Source: Octopus vulgaris (taxonomy: Eukaryota). Taken from it: a DNA stretch of 64,000 nt. The stretch is taken from NCBI GenBank assembly GCA_951406725.2, contig OX597822.1, positions 108,872,001-108,936,000 of the forward strand, in the 5' to 3' direction. Below the pieces are notes generated by a model, which was not told the origin of the DNA, did no database searches, and worked only from the letters and a program-made list of their open reading frames with translations. The position numbers and the translations under genes were made by a program. Shown piece by piece: positions 1 to 14,504 of this stretch. Every line of letters begins with the position of its first letter. Position 1 is the first letter of the stretch.

Positions 1-759
1 ACCGCAAGCTCTTTGAAATAACTGAAACCACATTAAATATTCATGTTGTATGAATATTTAATGTGGTTTTAGAGTCAAGTTTTCGCGACGTGTCCTTTTC
101 AGCTCCATGAGGCTGTTGCTCCCTTCCAAAACGATCGCTGCGAGAATCCACCACAGGTGTGCCTCTGGTGGTATCGCAGCGATCTTTATGCACCCCATCC
201 TCCTTCCTATATAGAATGGATAGAACAGATATTTTTCACCCCGACAGGGAACCACGGAGTGTTTGCCGTCCAGAGTTTCAGATTTAAAGAGCACTGAATT
301 TCCCGCAAACTATTTTTCCCTCGCTTATATACAAAATGGCGGCTATTATTTCTTTCAGTGCCCTTTCTACGTCTGCCTGGGTAACCATCTCTGGCCGCTT
401 CTTTTTTACGGAAACGAATCTGTAAAACACTTTTCTTTTTTCTTTCTGTCAACACCTCGCTGGTTGCGGATGGCGATATTAGTTGGCGCCTTTCCCAGTC
501 TTTTTAATTTAGCTGCCTTCAATTATACAGATGTCTTTCTGAAGCAGATGCATACAACAATATCCTTTGCGTCTCGTTGCTGTTGTAGCGAATGTAGTCT
601 GGTTCATATTCTTGTCATTTATTTCGGTATAATTCGTTGTACCGGTGGCGGTGATGTAGTTAGTTGTAGTCGAGAAACTGGCGTCATGTGCTGTCGTTTG
701 GTTATTCGATGTAGTTGTAGTGGTGGCAGAGTCGTCTGTGGTCATGATACTTTTCTGCT

Positions 760-955
760 CTAGGCAAAGGGCTCGAAATTTGGAGGGGAGGCAACCAATC
801 GATAAGATCGACCCCAGTACGCTACTGTTACTTAATCTATCGACCTCGAAAGGATGAACGGCAAAGTGGAATTTGAACTTAGAACGTAAAGACAAATGAA
901 ATACCGCTAAGTATTTCGCCCTGTGTGCTAACGTTTCTGGCAGCTCAACACCTTA
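760..955 (-). mobile_element. SINE family A (tRNA-derived head, GCCTTTCATCCTTTCGGGGTCGATAAA core), diverged copy
   Basis: Reverse complement aligns by eye to the cleaner copies at 38774-39170 and 55587-55820. Confidence 0.8.
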
Positions 956-1451
956 CGTGTTCTTGATACTACTGGTACGAGCGTTTTGTTTTTTTGAGTT
1001 AGAGTATTCCATTGAATTGGAGGAAATTCAGCTTCGTAGTTTCTGATGTCGCTAAAAGTATTGGTATTATGTTTTGACGTGTCTGCAATTTCGTGAGTGG
1101 GCATTTGAACACGCTGTGTGCTTGCCTCTCTTTCTATTTATGAGTAGTGGGCTGAGGCCAGTACGGCATCTTGCAACTCTCTATTTCAAAAACCTCTCAC
1201 CTCCTCTTCTATGTTCTTCAACAAGGCTGGTTTCGTTAAATGTGTTTTCTTTTTAAATCAATTTTCAAACAATAAATTTAAGATTACTGTTGATACAAAG
1301 GCCACTCACAAGACAAAGCGGCCCACCTATGCAAAGGTGGTGCTTTAGCAAAACGTTTAGTAAAAACAGTAAGCAATTAACAAATTTTGGAAAGAAAATT
1401 TTGGAGAAACACTTACGATGAGAGAAACAACTTCATTCCGTCGGGACGATA

Positions 1452-1945
<494 letters not shown>

Positions 1946-1949
1946 CCTC

Positions 1950-2140
1950 TCTAAGATAGGCAGATGACCTGAGATTTGGGGATAAAGGTCTAGTCGATCT
2001 TATGGACTCTAGTGCTTGACTGGTACTTAATTGATCGACTCCGAAAATATGAAATGCAAAGTCGACCTCGGCGGAATTTGAACTCAGAATGTAATATTGG
2101 AAGCAATGCTGCTAAATATTTTCTCCGGCACAGTAATAAG
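1950..2140 (-). mobile_element. SINE family A, diverged
   Basis: Contains AAAGTCGACCTCGGCGGAATTTGAACTCAGAA, the reverse complement of the family A B-box/core. Confidence 0.75.
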
Positions 2141-3134
2141 TTGTGTGATGCATATATGTTTTTTTCATTAGTTAGACATGAAAATTACTGCCTCTAAATC
2201 ACTCACAAGGAAACTGGCCAAATACGTCGGAGGGGGAAGTGAGGAACTCATATTTTAGGAGATAGCTGGAAATTGGAAAGAACCTCAAGAAGATTTATCT
2301 GGAAATTATTCCCCATTGCCATGAAGAATGTGCAGTTCTGTCAGGAAACAGAGCAAACTAACTGCATCTAATTTGAAGTCATGAGTCTATTCAAATATGT
2401 CAGCTATATTACTGCGTGGGACATGTAATATAACATCCGTAGCATATAATAAGAGATTTTGGTGTCCTCGTAAAGAAATTCCTTTCATAAGAGTATCACA
2501 TACATGTAGCATAATGCAAAATATGCAATATCTCAATACAATAATTGGTACACAATATTAGACAAAATTAGATATACCATTAAAAGTACAATGTGATATG
2601 TGTGTAGTTACTTACATATAATAGTTAAATGCAGGCCCACTTGCAATAGAATTGAATATTGAGTATTTATCTGATGGAAATAAAAGTATTAGTATTGTTT
2701 TCCTTTTCGCTTCGAAAGGGCTTTTGATGTTCCTCGATCGGCGATTCGGTTATAGTATTTGTATAGAACCATTTATCGGCATATTGCCCGTTACAGTTCA
2801 ATCAGCCAACAGGTAATTGAAACAGTACATGAATTACCGGTGAATTCGATTTCAAAACACGTAAGTTGATTTGCAGTGTGATAGAATTTTGATGTATTCT
2901 ATGATCACACGGCACACGGACACACATGTCTATTCATATATATATATATATATGTGTATATATATATATATATATGAATATAAGGAGAGAGAGAGAGAGC
3001 GAGATATATATATATATATATATATATAGATATATATCTACTTATATATCTGTATGTATAATGTACGTATATTTTGTGTGCGTATGTATACATATGTATA
3101 CGGATATGCATATGTATGTGTGCATGTATGTATG

Positions 3135-3223
<89 letters not shown>

Positions 3224-3252
3224 ATATGTGTATATATATATATATATATATA

Positions 3253-3473
3253 GAGGCGCAATGGCCTAGTGGTTAGGGCAGCGGACTCGCGGTCGCAGGA
3301 TCGCGGTTTCGATTCTCAGACCGGGCGTTGTGTGTGTTTATTGAGCGAAAACACCTAAAAGCTCTACGAGGCTCCGGCAGGGGGTGGTGATCCCTGCTGT
3401 ACTCTTTCACCACAATGGCGGTGCCCCAGCATGGCCACAGCTCAAGAGCTGAAACTGGAAAAACAAAAAACAA

Positions 3474-3479
<6 letters not shown>
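3253..3479 (+). mobile_element. SINE family B head joined to a CR1-group LINE 3' tail
   Basis: tRNA-like head GAGGCGCAATGGCCTAGTGGTTAGGGCAGCGGACTCGCGG...TTCGATTC; from 3414 the sequence matches the LINE end at 47313-47362. Confidence 0.8.
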
Positions 3480-3511
<32 letters not shown>

Positions 3512-4004
3512 TATATACATGTAAGTATATATACATAATCTTAGTGAATGCGTGTGTGTGTGCGTGTACATATGAGTGTGCCCGTGTGTCTGTTTCCGTG
3601 CTTGTATTTCTGTATACACACATAAGCAGGAAACAAACAATAATTTGTGATCTCAATGTTCATTTTGCCATGTTATTAGATAAATTTTAGTAATATTCCT
3701 CCCACTGCTTACGATAGAAGTTGGTGTGCAACACCACTATAATTTCATGCACCCTTAGTTCAAAACCTATGTCCATTCGCAACACTATGTCATATCTATA
3801 TTTGTGAGAAAAAAAAAATACGTCAAATGTTGTGACATATTTATCAGCAGCAGCTATCTTCGAATCGTATCCGAATTCGAGGGACAATTGCAAATACGCT
3901 CACGACTGGCGTAAAAAATTACTTGGGTAATTGTTCCATCCCGAATTTCCAGTAACGAAATATATATCAGAATATCCTTTTCCGAACGGTAGTTTATAAT
4001 TCGT

Positions 4005-4318
4005 GGGGGCACAATGGCCCAGTGATTAGGGCAGCGGACTCGCGGTCAGAGGATCGTGGTTTCGCTTCCCAGACCGGGTGTTGTGCATGTTTATTGAGCA
4101 AAAAAGCGTAAAGCTCCAAGAGGCTCCGGCAGGGGGTAGTGGTGACCCCTGTTGTACTATTTCGCCACAACATTCTCTCACACTCTCTTCCTATTTTTTT
4201 AGTAACGCTGCGATGGACTAGGGTCCCGTCCATCTGGGCGGAACACATACGCCACAGAAACCGGGAAACATGGCCCATGAGCCTGGTTAGGATTGAAAAG
4301 GGCGACGTTTTACGTTTT
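4005..4318 (+). mobile_element. SINE family B head with alternative 3' body (V-SINE-like CTGCGATGGACT...CCGTCCA motif)
   Basis: Same head as 3253 and 36870 but a different body after about 4195. The V-domain likeness is from memory. Confidence 0.7.
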
Positions 4319-4351
4319 ATATAATTCACGTAGGTATACAAGTATGCTAGT

Positions 4352-4678
4352 GAAGGCACGTGGCTTAATGGTTAGCGTACTAGGCTCAAGATCACAAGGA
4401 CGCGAGTTCGGTTTCCGTAGATGTGCTATGTCTTTCAGCAAGACACTTTGTTTCACGTGATCCAGTTTACTCGGCTATCAAAAATGAGTAGTACGTATAT
4501 TTCAAAGTGAAGTCCAGCATTGTCACATAATATGTCAAACTAAATCTCCTGATAACTACGTGAAATGTAAGCGTATCTGTGGAGTTCTCAGACACTTGCA
4601 CGTTAATTTCACGAGCCTACTTTTTCCGTTGACTGGATAAACTCGAACCCACGTCGTCTTAAGCGACGGAATGCCAGC
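4352..4678 (+). mobile_element. Older SINE with a different tRNA head but the same 3' body as family B copies 26352 and 36870
   Basis: 3' part TCTGTGGAGTTCTCAGACACTTGCACGTTAATTTCACGAG...CGTCGTCTTAAGCGACGGAATGC matches 37149-37250. Confidence 0.7.
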
Positions 4679-4737
4679 GTCACATACTTGCCAGCATGTG
4701 TATGTGTATATATTTGGTTATAGGTCTCTATAAACAT

Positions 4738-4822
<85 letters not shown>

Positions 4823-5272
4823 CTCCCACAGACATATTTAAAACTAAAGCTGAATTATTTTTCCATCCAGTGCAACAATACTGTATTATTCATCCATATA
4901 AACGGTGTTGTAAACGGTTTCGCGTCGGATATTAGATAAACGGATGATTATTTCTTAAACGCACTCTTCAGATCTGGCAGGTATATATTGCACAGGTGCA
5001 CCATTGAAATAATTCGTTGTATTTCTTTTGGTTCGTCACAATCTAGTTTCAAAGGTTGCTGAGGTCGACTTGTTTCTTCCGGCATAATGAAATGATTTAA
5101 GAGTCAAATACTGGGTTCGATGCAAGTAACTCTTAAAATTTATTTGCCTTTTGCCTAAATGTGAAACACTGCTTGTATTTGCTAAGCTTTTCAAATTTCA
5201 ACCGACATCATGATAATTTAATTTATACATACATATATATTCATATATGTACACACATATATGTGTGTGTAA

Positions 5273-5432
<160 letters not shown>

Positions 5433-8400
5433 ACGCATGTATAGGCATGTACATTTAGAATATTAGTATTTTTTATCGCTGAGCGTGGAATTTTAATTCA
5501 TTAATAGAATTTGTTCAACCTCACTCCCAAATTCATTCCATATTAATTAATTAAAATGTCAAGGCTGTCATCCACTGCCTTTTTTTTTTTTACCGTAAAT
5601 AGTCAATTAGAAAATTATTGTATTATCACCCAGTTTGAAATCTTTATTAATTAAATTTTCAACCATGCTCCGAGTTGCTGCATCCTTGTGTATGTTCCGA
5701 AGTGTAGCTACGTAGGTAAAGATATTTGCACCTGTACATGTTAGAATCTTTGTATATTCGCTCGTACATATCCACGTATTTTAACACATGTATTGGAAAT
5801 ATGCAGGCCTTTATACATTCATACGTACATAAATTTGCCGTATTGGTTCCGTAACGTAGTACACCTCGCATCACTGGGCAATCAGCGACAAAAACCGGCA
5901 ACCTTACCAAATCTGCTTAGCAAGAAAGATTATTATAGTTGGATAACTTGAAGGAAAAGAAGATAAACAATAAAAGCCCCGATCAAAAGACGGTTGAACA
6001 TAATAGAGTCAAAGGCCATCCTACAGCTAGGAGTGAGAGACCTAGTCTTTGTTTAGACATCTCTCTAAAAGAAGGAAAACTTTGTAACACCATAGACTTC
6101 GTGTGCGTCCCATGATGTACACAACGCATACGTTGATAACGAAATATAACTGGTCAAATACAGGAGAAATTGCTCACTTTCAAACGCTTCAGGCGCAGAT
6201 AACTCGTTATTTTCAACATCTCTCTTGTTATGCATTCCATGGCAAAAGCTGACCTAAACGGCCAAGTTCATAGTGAAAACGTTCATGATAAAATAATGGC
6301 ATATGTCAGCGTAGGTGGTAAGCTCTTTCGACCTGCTGTAAGAGGTGCTCCTAGTCGCCACGTTCATACGAAGTAGTTTAGCTCACTAACAGGATTGAAA
6401 ATCCGCCACCTGTGCGGATCATATTGGAATATGTGCGGATAATGGAGCGATGTCATTGCTGGGAATTGAACTGCGGTCGACCTGTATGAATGCTTGTAAT
6501 AATTTATGTAACTTACGTATATTAAGAAATTTTCTTACTGCAAACTGTAGTCGAATTTCATACACTTAAACGTTTTAACATATTACAAGTATTTTTTATT
6601 ATACTATGACTTATAATCTTTGATTTTCACATAATCTCTTGAAAGGAAATGATTCAACATGACTATATGAAAAGTTACTCACAATAAATTTTTTGTCATT
6701 TAAATTTTTTAAAACTATATTACGCATTTCACCGTGGAGAATTTACGTTTCATATGTTTTTTATCGCTATGATCTTATGTTATATTTTTATTTAAATATC
6801 AGCTTACTTTGATAAATTTTAACAGGCTTATGGAGCTTTTCGGATTTTACTTAAGCTATTTACTCTTTTTACCATCGTTAATTCACTCGTTGCGAAATAA
6901 TGCTACATCAGCTCTGAATAATCCCTACCTTGATTTGCTTGGTAAGAAATGACTCACGTTGATTAATTGTGTTTCCGCACGACATAGATATAGTCTCATC
7001 CACCTCACACTTCACCTGCGGTACAACCTATGCGTAAGAGGGGGAAGGAGACAGAGTCGTACCAGCATCTAACCAAAGCGAATCAAAATGGAGTGCTTTA
7101 CTGAAGAACACAATGCAACGCCCGGTCCATGAATGGATCCAACCAATTTAGGATTGGCTGCCGATCTACCTGAATTCTGGCCCACTCTACTTCTTGGCAG
7201 CACATTACAAGAGATCATTCATCTTCAACGTCACTGCATTCATCGAACATAATATTCTAAGATAACAAGATGGCAAAATACTTAGTGTGTTATACAAAAT
7301 GATTAACTGCATTTCTCCAGGCCCTTTATATTCCGAGTTGAAATGTTCCAGAGGTCAACTTTCCTTCCCATCTCTTCGGAGTGATACAGTAATGTATCAG
7401 AAAAGTACTGTACATGAAGAAGTCGAATAATCTCCTAAAATCCCCAGTCTTTTAATACGATTTCAAACCATTTCATACAACTACATTTTGCTATTATGAA
7501 TAAAATCGAGGATTCAAGTATGTGTCAATTTTAGGTATAGGGTGAGAAATTAAAATATATTGTGATTATGGTAATTTACATTACTTTATATGAATATACT
7601 TATATGATTTTTTTATATATGAAACCTTTCGCGTTCCAACTAGCAACAACATGTATAAGCATTCTGCTTGTTTTGTCTTCAAACTGACCAGATTCAGGCC
7701 TATCCCTCCTACCCAGCAATATCATTTTGAAAAAGAGACGCATCATCAAATTCTTGAAGCTACAGCATAGCGTATGGTGAAGTCAGAATAATTTTAGTAA
7801 ATCAGCAATACATTTTTCAGCCTTATCTGAATGCTAGAGGAGTAAAGATAATTAAAGTTCATTTCAACTCGCCCCTTAATATATGTTTCTATCCATTGAA
7901 AGTCACGGAATCTTAATTTTGCATTGCCCCATCTCAAGTTTAAGAAACAGATTTGTAATAAAGTTTTGGTGATCCCAGATTTGACTGGGTTGCGCAACAC
8001 AAATATGAATAACATTAATATTTGTCTTTTTCTTCTATAAAATTCGCTGGACATCTAAATTATCCTTCTCACCGTTGATATAATTTTCCTAGCCTTGTAG
8101 GTTACATTGTTTATCGATTTCTCCTATTTTAATTCATTAATAAGCTTGATTTACATACAAAGTTAATATTATTTAATTTATTGATATGTGTGTGAGTGTG
8201 CTTGTGTGTGTGTACATGCGTGTGCGTGCCTATTTATATATTTATGTGTATATATTGTGTATTTATTTATACCACTATGCCCTCGGTTAAATTCAAAGGA
8301 AGATGTGACTTATGATATGATTTATTTGTATCCACTTTAATTTAAGTATAATTTTATTTGAAGTGACTGTGACTTGTGGATCCTCGAAGAAATATATAAA

Positions 8401-8799
8401 TGTTTCATTTGGTGTTCAAAGTAGTTTTCTCGGTTTTTAAGAGGTTTGGCAGAAACATTAGAGCAGAACAATTATTTCTTTCAAATCTTTATTTTGAGTA
8501 CACGTTTCGCAGACGTCAACCTTGCTACTCATCTCTGCGGGATAAATACAATAAAGTACCGGTGAAGTACTGAGACTGGAAATCAATTCCATTCCCCTAA
8601 TTCATTTATTTATGGATTAATTCTTGAATGCGAAATTTATTTAAAAGTTATGTCAATCCTATGTCTTTTGATATTATTTTCTTTTATGATGTTTTGAGTT
8701 GATTTCGTAAATTTAATTATTATGGCATCTGATGCATGAAATTATTTTTGCAAATATTACACTAATTCATATCTCAAATTTATATATATATTTTAGTTT

Positions 8800-8985
8800 C
8801 GAATCTTGCCACAAGATCAACCATTTCGGGGTCGGGTTTAAGTCAAGTGGTATTCATTTTATCGTCTCCAAAAGGGTGAAAAGCAAAGTCGACCTCAGCA
8901 GAATTTGAACTAATTTAAGTAAATACGTACGAAATGCCAATGAGCATATCGCACGGCATGTTAACGATTCTGCCACCACGCCCTC
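8800..8985 (-). mobile_element. SINE family A, diverged
   Basis: GCAAAGTCGACCTCAGCAGAATTTGAAC and TAACGATTCTGCCA motifs. Confidence 0.7.
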
Positions 8986-9344
8986 TTAATCTGTTTGTAT
9001 ACTGATAACCTCTAAGACGTGTCCTTATATGGCTGAGGATTAAACGAAATAAAATCAAGGAAACGCCAAAATATCTAAAGGAAAACAACCTTAGAATTAC
9101 TTTAAAATACATCATCACTTCAAGGTCTTATGTAATGGTCCTTGTTCCCAAACAAATTCATTGTTCATGATATGAACAATAACCAAAACAAACAAATAAA
9201 ATTTATTGTACCAAAAACGTGTTCTTATGTATGGAAAACAAAGATTCCTGACCTGGTGTCAAAAACGTACCTTCTTTCCATGCGGTTGAAGAAAATTATA
9301 TGATGTATCCCCCACACACACACGCATAGATACATATATGCATT

Positions 9345-9382
<38 letters not shown>

Positions 9383-10139
9383 CATATTTATATATAGCGA
9401 GAGAGAGCGAGAGAGAGAAATAGATATAGATACATATATTTAGATTTATATAAATAAATAGATAGATACATACACACATACATACATACATACATACATA
9501 CATACATACATACATACATACATACATACATACATACATACATACGTACATACAAACATACATACGTACATACGGACGTACATATGACTGTACTTGTGGA
9601 TATTTTTAGGGAAATAAAATCAGCCTCAAGAGAAGATTGAATAACATCTCTCGACTGAAACAGTTAAATCCCTTTGCGATCTGAATCTATAAATACTTTT
9701 TTTTATCACCTGTCAATTAATTTTCGACATGGTCTGAGGCGATGACATCAAAATCAAAGCACAGACAGCATAATAACTCTTTAATACAGGTGAATATCGA
9801 TATGTATCTACCATAATTTATATTCATGGTATTTTATAAATATGAAAATTTAGGTGCTCGAAATATGTCGAGATATATGATATGCGGCAGGAATTTTGAT
9901 ATTTACAAGAAACAGAATATTAAATAAAAGTAAATATGCTAATTTGGCAGTCTGAGTTTTGGACGCTAGCTTCAGATTCGTCATTCATTACTAACACTTT
10001 GGTTGGCGCCGTTAATATATTTTATAATTTATTTCTAAGGTTTTGTCTGTGACGTAGTTTATTGTCATCAGTTCGAAATAGCTTGAACAGTAATTCATTT
10101 AAGTTGAAGTTATATACGCGTAAATCAAATTGCTTATAC

Positions 10140-10177
10140 ATATATATGCATGTATGCATACAAACATACATACTCAC

Positions 10178-10223
<46 letters not shown>

Positions 10224-10316
10224 CTATGTATATATGTATGTATGTATGTATGCATATGTATATGTATATATATGTATATATATATATGTATATGTATATA
10301 TATATGTGTATGTATG

Positions 10317-10348
<32 letters not shown>

Positions 10349-10458
10349 TATGTATGTATGTATATATGCATGTATGTATGTATGTATGTATGCATAAGTA
10401 TATGTATATATATGTATATATATATATGTATATATATATGTATATGTATATATATATG

Positions 10459-10513
<55 letters not shown>

Positions 10514-10842
10514 CATGTTAATAACCACAAACTTATCTAATCTATTTGACTACCTGCCTACCTACCTGTATATATATTCATTCATACATACATACATTCA
10601 ACCCAGCTATATACTTAACCTTTAAGTGACATATTCTTCGCTACCGAATCGAAACGATACGCCATGAAAGGGGTTACATTCAATTAAAACCCATTTATTC
10701 TGTATTGTTTAAATAAGTACAAAGCATATGGATATACAAACAAGCTATTTATCATCATCATCATCGTCGTCGTCATCGTCGTCGTGGTTATCATCATCAT
10801 CATCATCATTATTATTGTTATTATTATTATTATTATTATTAA

Positions 10843-10873
<31 letters not shown>

Positions 10874-11220
10874 ATTATTGTTATTCTTCTTAATGCATGC
10901 ATACATGTGTGTAGACAGACACAGATGCACGCACAGAAAATATACACACACATACATACAGACATGCATACATATATTCATACATTCATACATACATGCA
11001 TACATACATACATGCATACATACATACATACATACATACAAACTTACATACATACGTACATACATACAAACATACATACATACACACATACATACAGACA
11101 TACATACATACACACATACATACATACATACAAACATACATACATACATACATGTATACATACATACATACATACTTACATACATGCACACATACATACA
11201 TGCATGCATACGTACATATA
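10140..11220. repeat. Compound microsatellite block: (TA)/(TATG), (CAT/CGT), (TAT), (CATA)
   Basis: Direct reading; the source of many spurious YIYI/MYVC/HTYI ORFs. Confidence 0.9.
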
Positions 11221-11645
11221 AGAGTATCAGAGTTTAGTGGAGTGAAATATATTGCTATTTATAAAGGAAATTACATGCCTTTTATATTCATGGATATTTA
11301 AATAGAAAGACAAGGAGAAAGATGTTACATTCTGATGTCGAAGTCGATCCTTTTAACCATTATTTACACTGAGATTTATGAAAATTTATCATTAAAGAGC
11401 TGTATATACTACAGAAGAGTTTAAGCTGCAAATCTAACGCATCTATGTCGTAACAAATATGTTTCTCACGAACATAAAATTTAGATGATATCTCTTAAAG
11501 GAAACGTATTGTTTCTTTTGTGTGTCTGTGTGTGCAAGTACGAGTGCATCCGGAGGTTATTCTGGAATCACGCGGGTGCACCTCGTACTAAGTTACACAC
11601 ACACACAAAAAAAAAACACATACATATATATACACAGAGACATAT

Positions 11646-11712
<67 letters not shown>

Positions 11713-11964
11713 CACACATTCATAAATATATATATACACACATTCATAAATATATATGTGTGTATATGTATGCGCTTTTGAGTGTGTAGTACGTCTGTAT
11801 GTGCGTATTTTCTGATTTGTTTTCTCCCCCAAAATATTTTCTCCCATTGCTTCTGTAGTTTTTGTTTTTGCTATAGAATTTCTAAATTATGAATTAATTC
11901 TTCCTGAATATATGTTCCTATCACGTACTTCAATGACATGATACATGTTAGAACTATTGACATT

Positions 11965-12165
11965 TTTGGCGAGCTGGCATAATCATTGGAATGTCGCGCA
12001 AAAGGCATAGCGGCATCTTGTCTTGCTTTGTGTTCTGAGTTCAAATTCCACCAAAGTTGACTTTTCCTTTCATCCTTTCGGAGTAGATAAAATATTACCA
12101 GTTGAGCACTGGGATCGACGAAGTCGGCACACCCGACTCCAGAAAATGCTAGCCTTACGCTTAAT
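11965..12165 (+). mobile_element. SINE family A, diverged
   Basis: GGCGAGCTGGCA head, GTTCTGAGTTCAAATTCC B-box and CCTTTCATCCTTTCGG core. Confidence 0.75.
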
Positions 12166-13389
12166 TATTACTAACATTTTTGTTATGATTATTACTATTA
12201 ACCCTGTAACGTTGACTCATTCCTTATTAAGATTCTGATTAAAAATTAGGCCTGACTTCGCTTCAAGCATTTGCACAATCTCAGTAAAATAAATCGACTT
12301 ATTTGGACTGAAATTTCTAATTCAAAATGTTGCCATCAATCCATTGTCTTTTTGTCATCGAGGGCATTTATTTCGTTTGCTTGTATTTGCGCTTTTGGTC
12401 TACAATTGTTTCTCCTAGATAGCGAGTAGTTAATCCCATATATCACGCGGTAGTATCCTTACATTTATTTTCTGTGTGTCTCCAGTGCGCTGCATAAACT
12501 TGGATTTTGTGTCCATTCTTCCAAATGTTAGTGGAGCAGGTACACATTGAAAATGTCATCGATGTAATGCAGGAAACATTTTCTGGGGCAATCAGTAATA
12601 CATAAAGTATTTAGGTAACTGACAACTGCAATCATTTTAAAAAGCGTTATTATTCTTATGTTCAAAATGCAAACGTATTCCTTCGTGCACAATTTGCAGA
12701 TAAAATTTCTTGCAAACAAGTTCCTAAATGATCTGCTGCCTGAGTGAGATAGAGTGTGAATATTATGTACATTTATACATACGCACACATAATCACACAC
12801 ACACACACACACACATCTGAAGGATTGAAATTAATCAAATGACATTCTAAGTATTGTACCTGCTGGAAATAACAGTCAAATCACTAAGTAAAAATCGACA
12901 AAATACACTGATAATAACTACAGAAATCAACCATCCCAAAGTAAACAGGCTAAGACAATCATGCATTTAAGTAATTAGGATCATCTGGACTGGCATAACA
13001 GCCTCAGCATCCTCAGCAAGAGTTAAAATGATAGAAAGCGCCAACCCATCGTGTGGAAGTCAGCGCTGCAACTGTTTACTTTTGCGCCAAAATCATGGCA
13101 GCCACAAGTGTGAAAATAGTTTCAATATGGAGCAAATAATTCACAAAAAAATTATTCACTAAAAAAGTATCGAGTCCATATACTTGAATGAATATATTCG
13201 TACATATATGCATATATTCATATATACACATATACCATTGATAAATAAAAAAAATATATTGTTGAAACTAGTTTAGTTTATATATCTAAAAACAATTTAT
13301 TTAAAAACAATTACAACTTTTTTCAAATTTAGGTACACATTCAACGACAAATTTGCCTATAAATTTAATTTGGAAATACACTTCCTCCT

Positions 13390-13445
<56 letters not shown>

Positions 13446-13454
13446 GAGAAGGTG

Positions 13455-13620
13455 TAGGCGCATGAGTGGCTTCTTAGCAAGAAGCTTGCTTTCCAACCAC
13501 AAGGTTCCGGGTTCAGTCCCACTGCCTGGCACTTTGGGGAAGTGTCTTCTACTATAGCCTCTTGCCAACCAAAGCCTTGTGAGTGGATTTGGTCGACGGA
13601 AATTGAAAGAAGCTCGTATG
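13455..13620 (+). mobile_element. SINE family C, 5' half
   Basis: Matches 29661-29825 (GGTTCCGGGTTCAGTCCCACTG...GTGAGTGGATTTGGT). Confidence 0.8.
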
Positions 13621-13689
13621 CATGTGTTCCCATAAGATGCGTCCGCATCATTCTGATAGACGCCAGAGAAATAAATACCCAAACTGTTT

Positions 13690-14303
13690 ATATACTCGAC
13701 AAATGCAGTATATATGCATATATGCGTACAGGACGTCACCAACTGTGTAAACCTCATGAAATACGAAAATAAATTAGTTAAATATGCAAACAACGAGAGA
13801 AAAATGGAAAACAGGACAAAGCAACACACAGAAACGAACCTTCATCAGTTGTCGGTTGCCTATCTACTCCTCATTTCGAGCATTCAATGACAATATGAGT
13901 CTTCAAAGACAGCTGCTCCCATAAATTTTGATATAAAGTTTAAGGTTCATAGAGGGTCAATTTTGGGAATAAAAAGAGGACAAAAGAAACATGGAGGGTC
14001 GTTAGACCAGAACGAGGAAATAGTGAATGATGGCAGAAATATATTCTTTGAAAAAAGAAAAGATAGAAAAGAGAGAGAGGAAAACGCACAGCCCTTTGAA
14101 AGTCCCTGCAAGAAGAAAAGATGGTCACATGAGGAAAAGAAAGATGGACGATGGTCATGTGTGAGGAACGAGAGAGAGAAAACGAAAATGCGGGCGAAAG
14201 AGAGTGAGATAGAAAATGGTGAAAGAGGGAGGAGGAGAGTAAGGTTATTAGAGAAGGAGGAAGAAACCATTAAATAATAATATAAATAACATATATATAC
14301 ACG

Positions 14304-14336
<33 letters not shown>

Positions 14337-14385
14337 GCATATGTGGGTACAGAACGTAACGAACTGTGCAAACAACATGTATGTG
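13690..14385 (-). mobile_element. Interspersed repeat, same family as 43226-44250; probable Penelope-like pseudo-LTR unit
   Basis: Minus strand GCTCGAAATGAGGAGTAGATAGGCAACCGACAACTGATGAAGG matches 43250-43292. Purine/pyrimidine-biased spacer and a partial direct repeat (13726-13755 vs 14347-14377). Confidence 0.5.
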
Positions 14386-14504
14386 TGTGTATATATATAC
14401 ATATATATGTATATATATATGTATATATATATGTATATATATGTATATATATGTATATATATGTATATATATGTATTTTCTTTTTCTCTCCTTCTTTCTG
14501 TGTT

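Noticed and set aside
509-895. 128-aa Thr-rich minus-strand ORF with NQT/NYT sequons resembling a mucin or GPCR N-terminus
   Set aside because: The first part is SINE A and the rest looks like a decayed (ACT/ACA)n tract; no transmembrane segment or convincing splice donor follows.
3253-3325. tRNA gene
   Set aside because: It is the tRNA-derived SINE head: it runs into a SINE body, occurs five times, and lacks a clean acceptor stem.
8485-8550. Apparent minus-strand hammerhead (GATGAG..GCGAAACG)
   Set aside because: Better explained as a diverged plus-strand SINE A B-box and core.
12487-12540. Possible 54-nt exon after a TTTTCTGTGTGTCTCCAG acceptor
   Set aside because: Weak donor (GTACAC), unrecognisable peptide and no partner exons.
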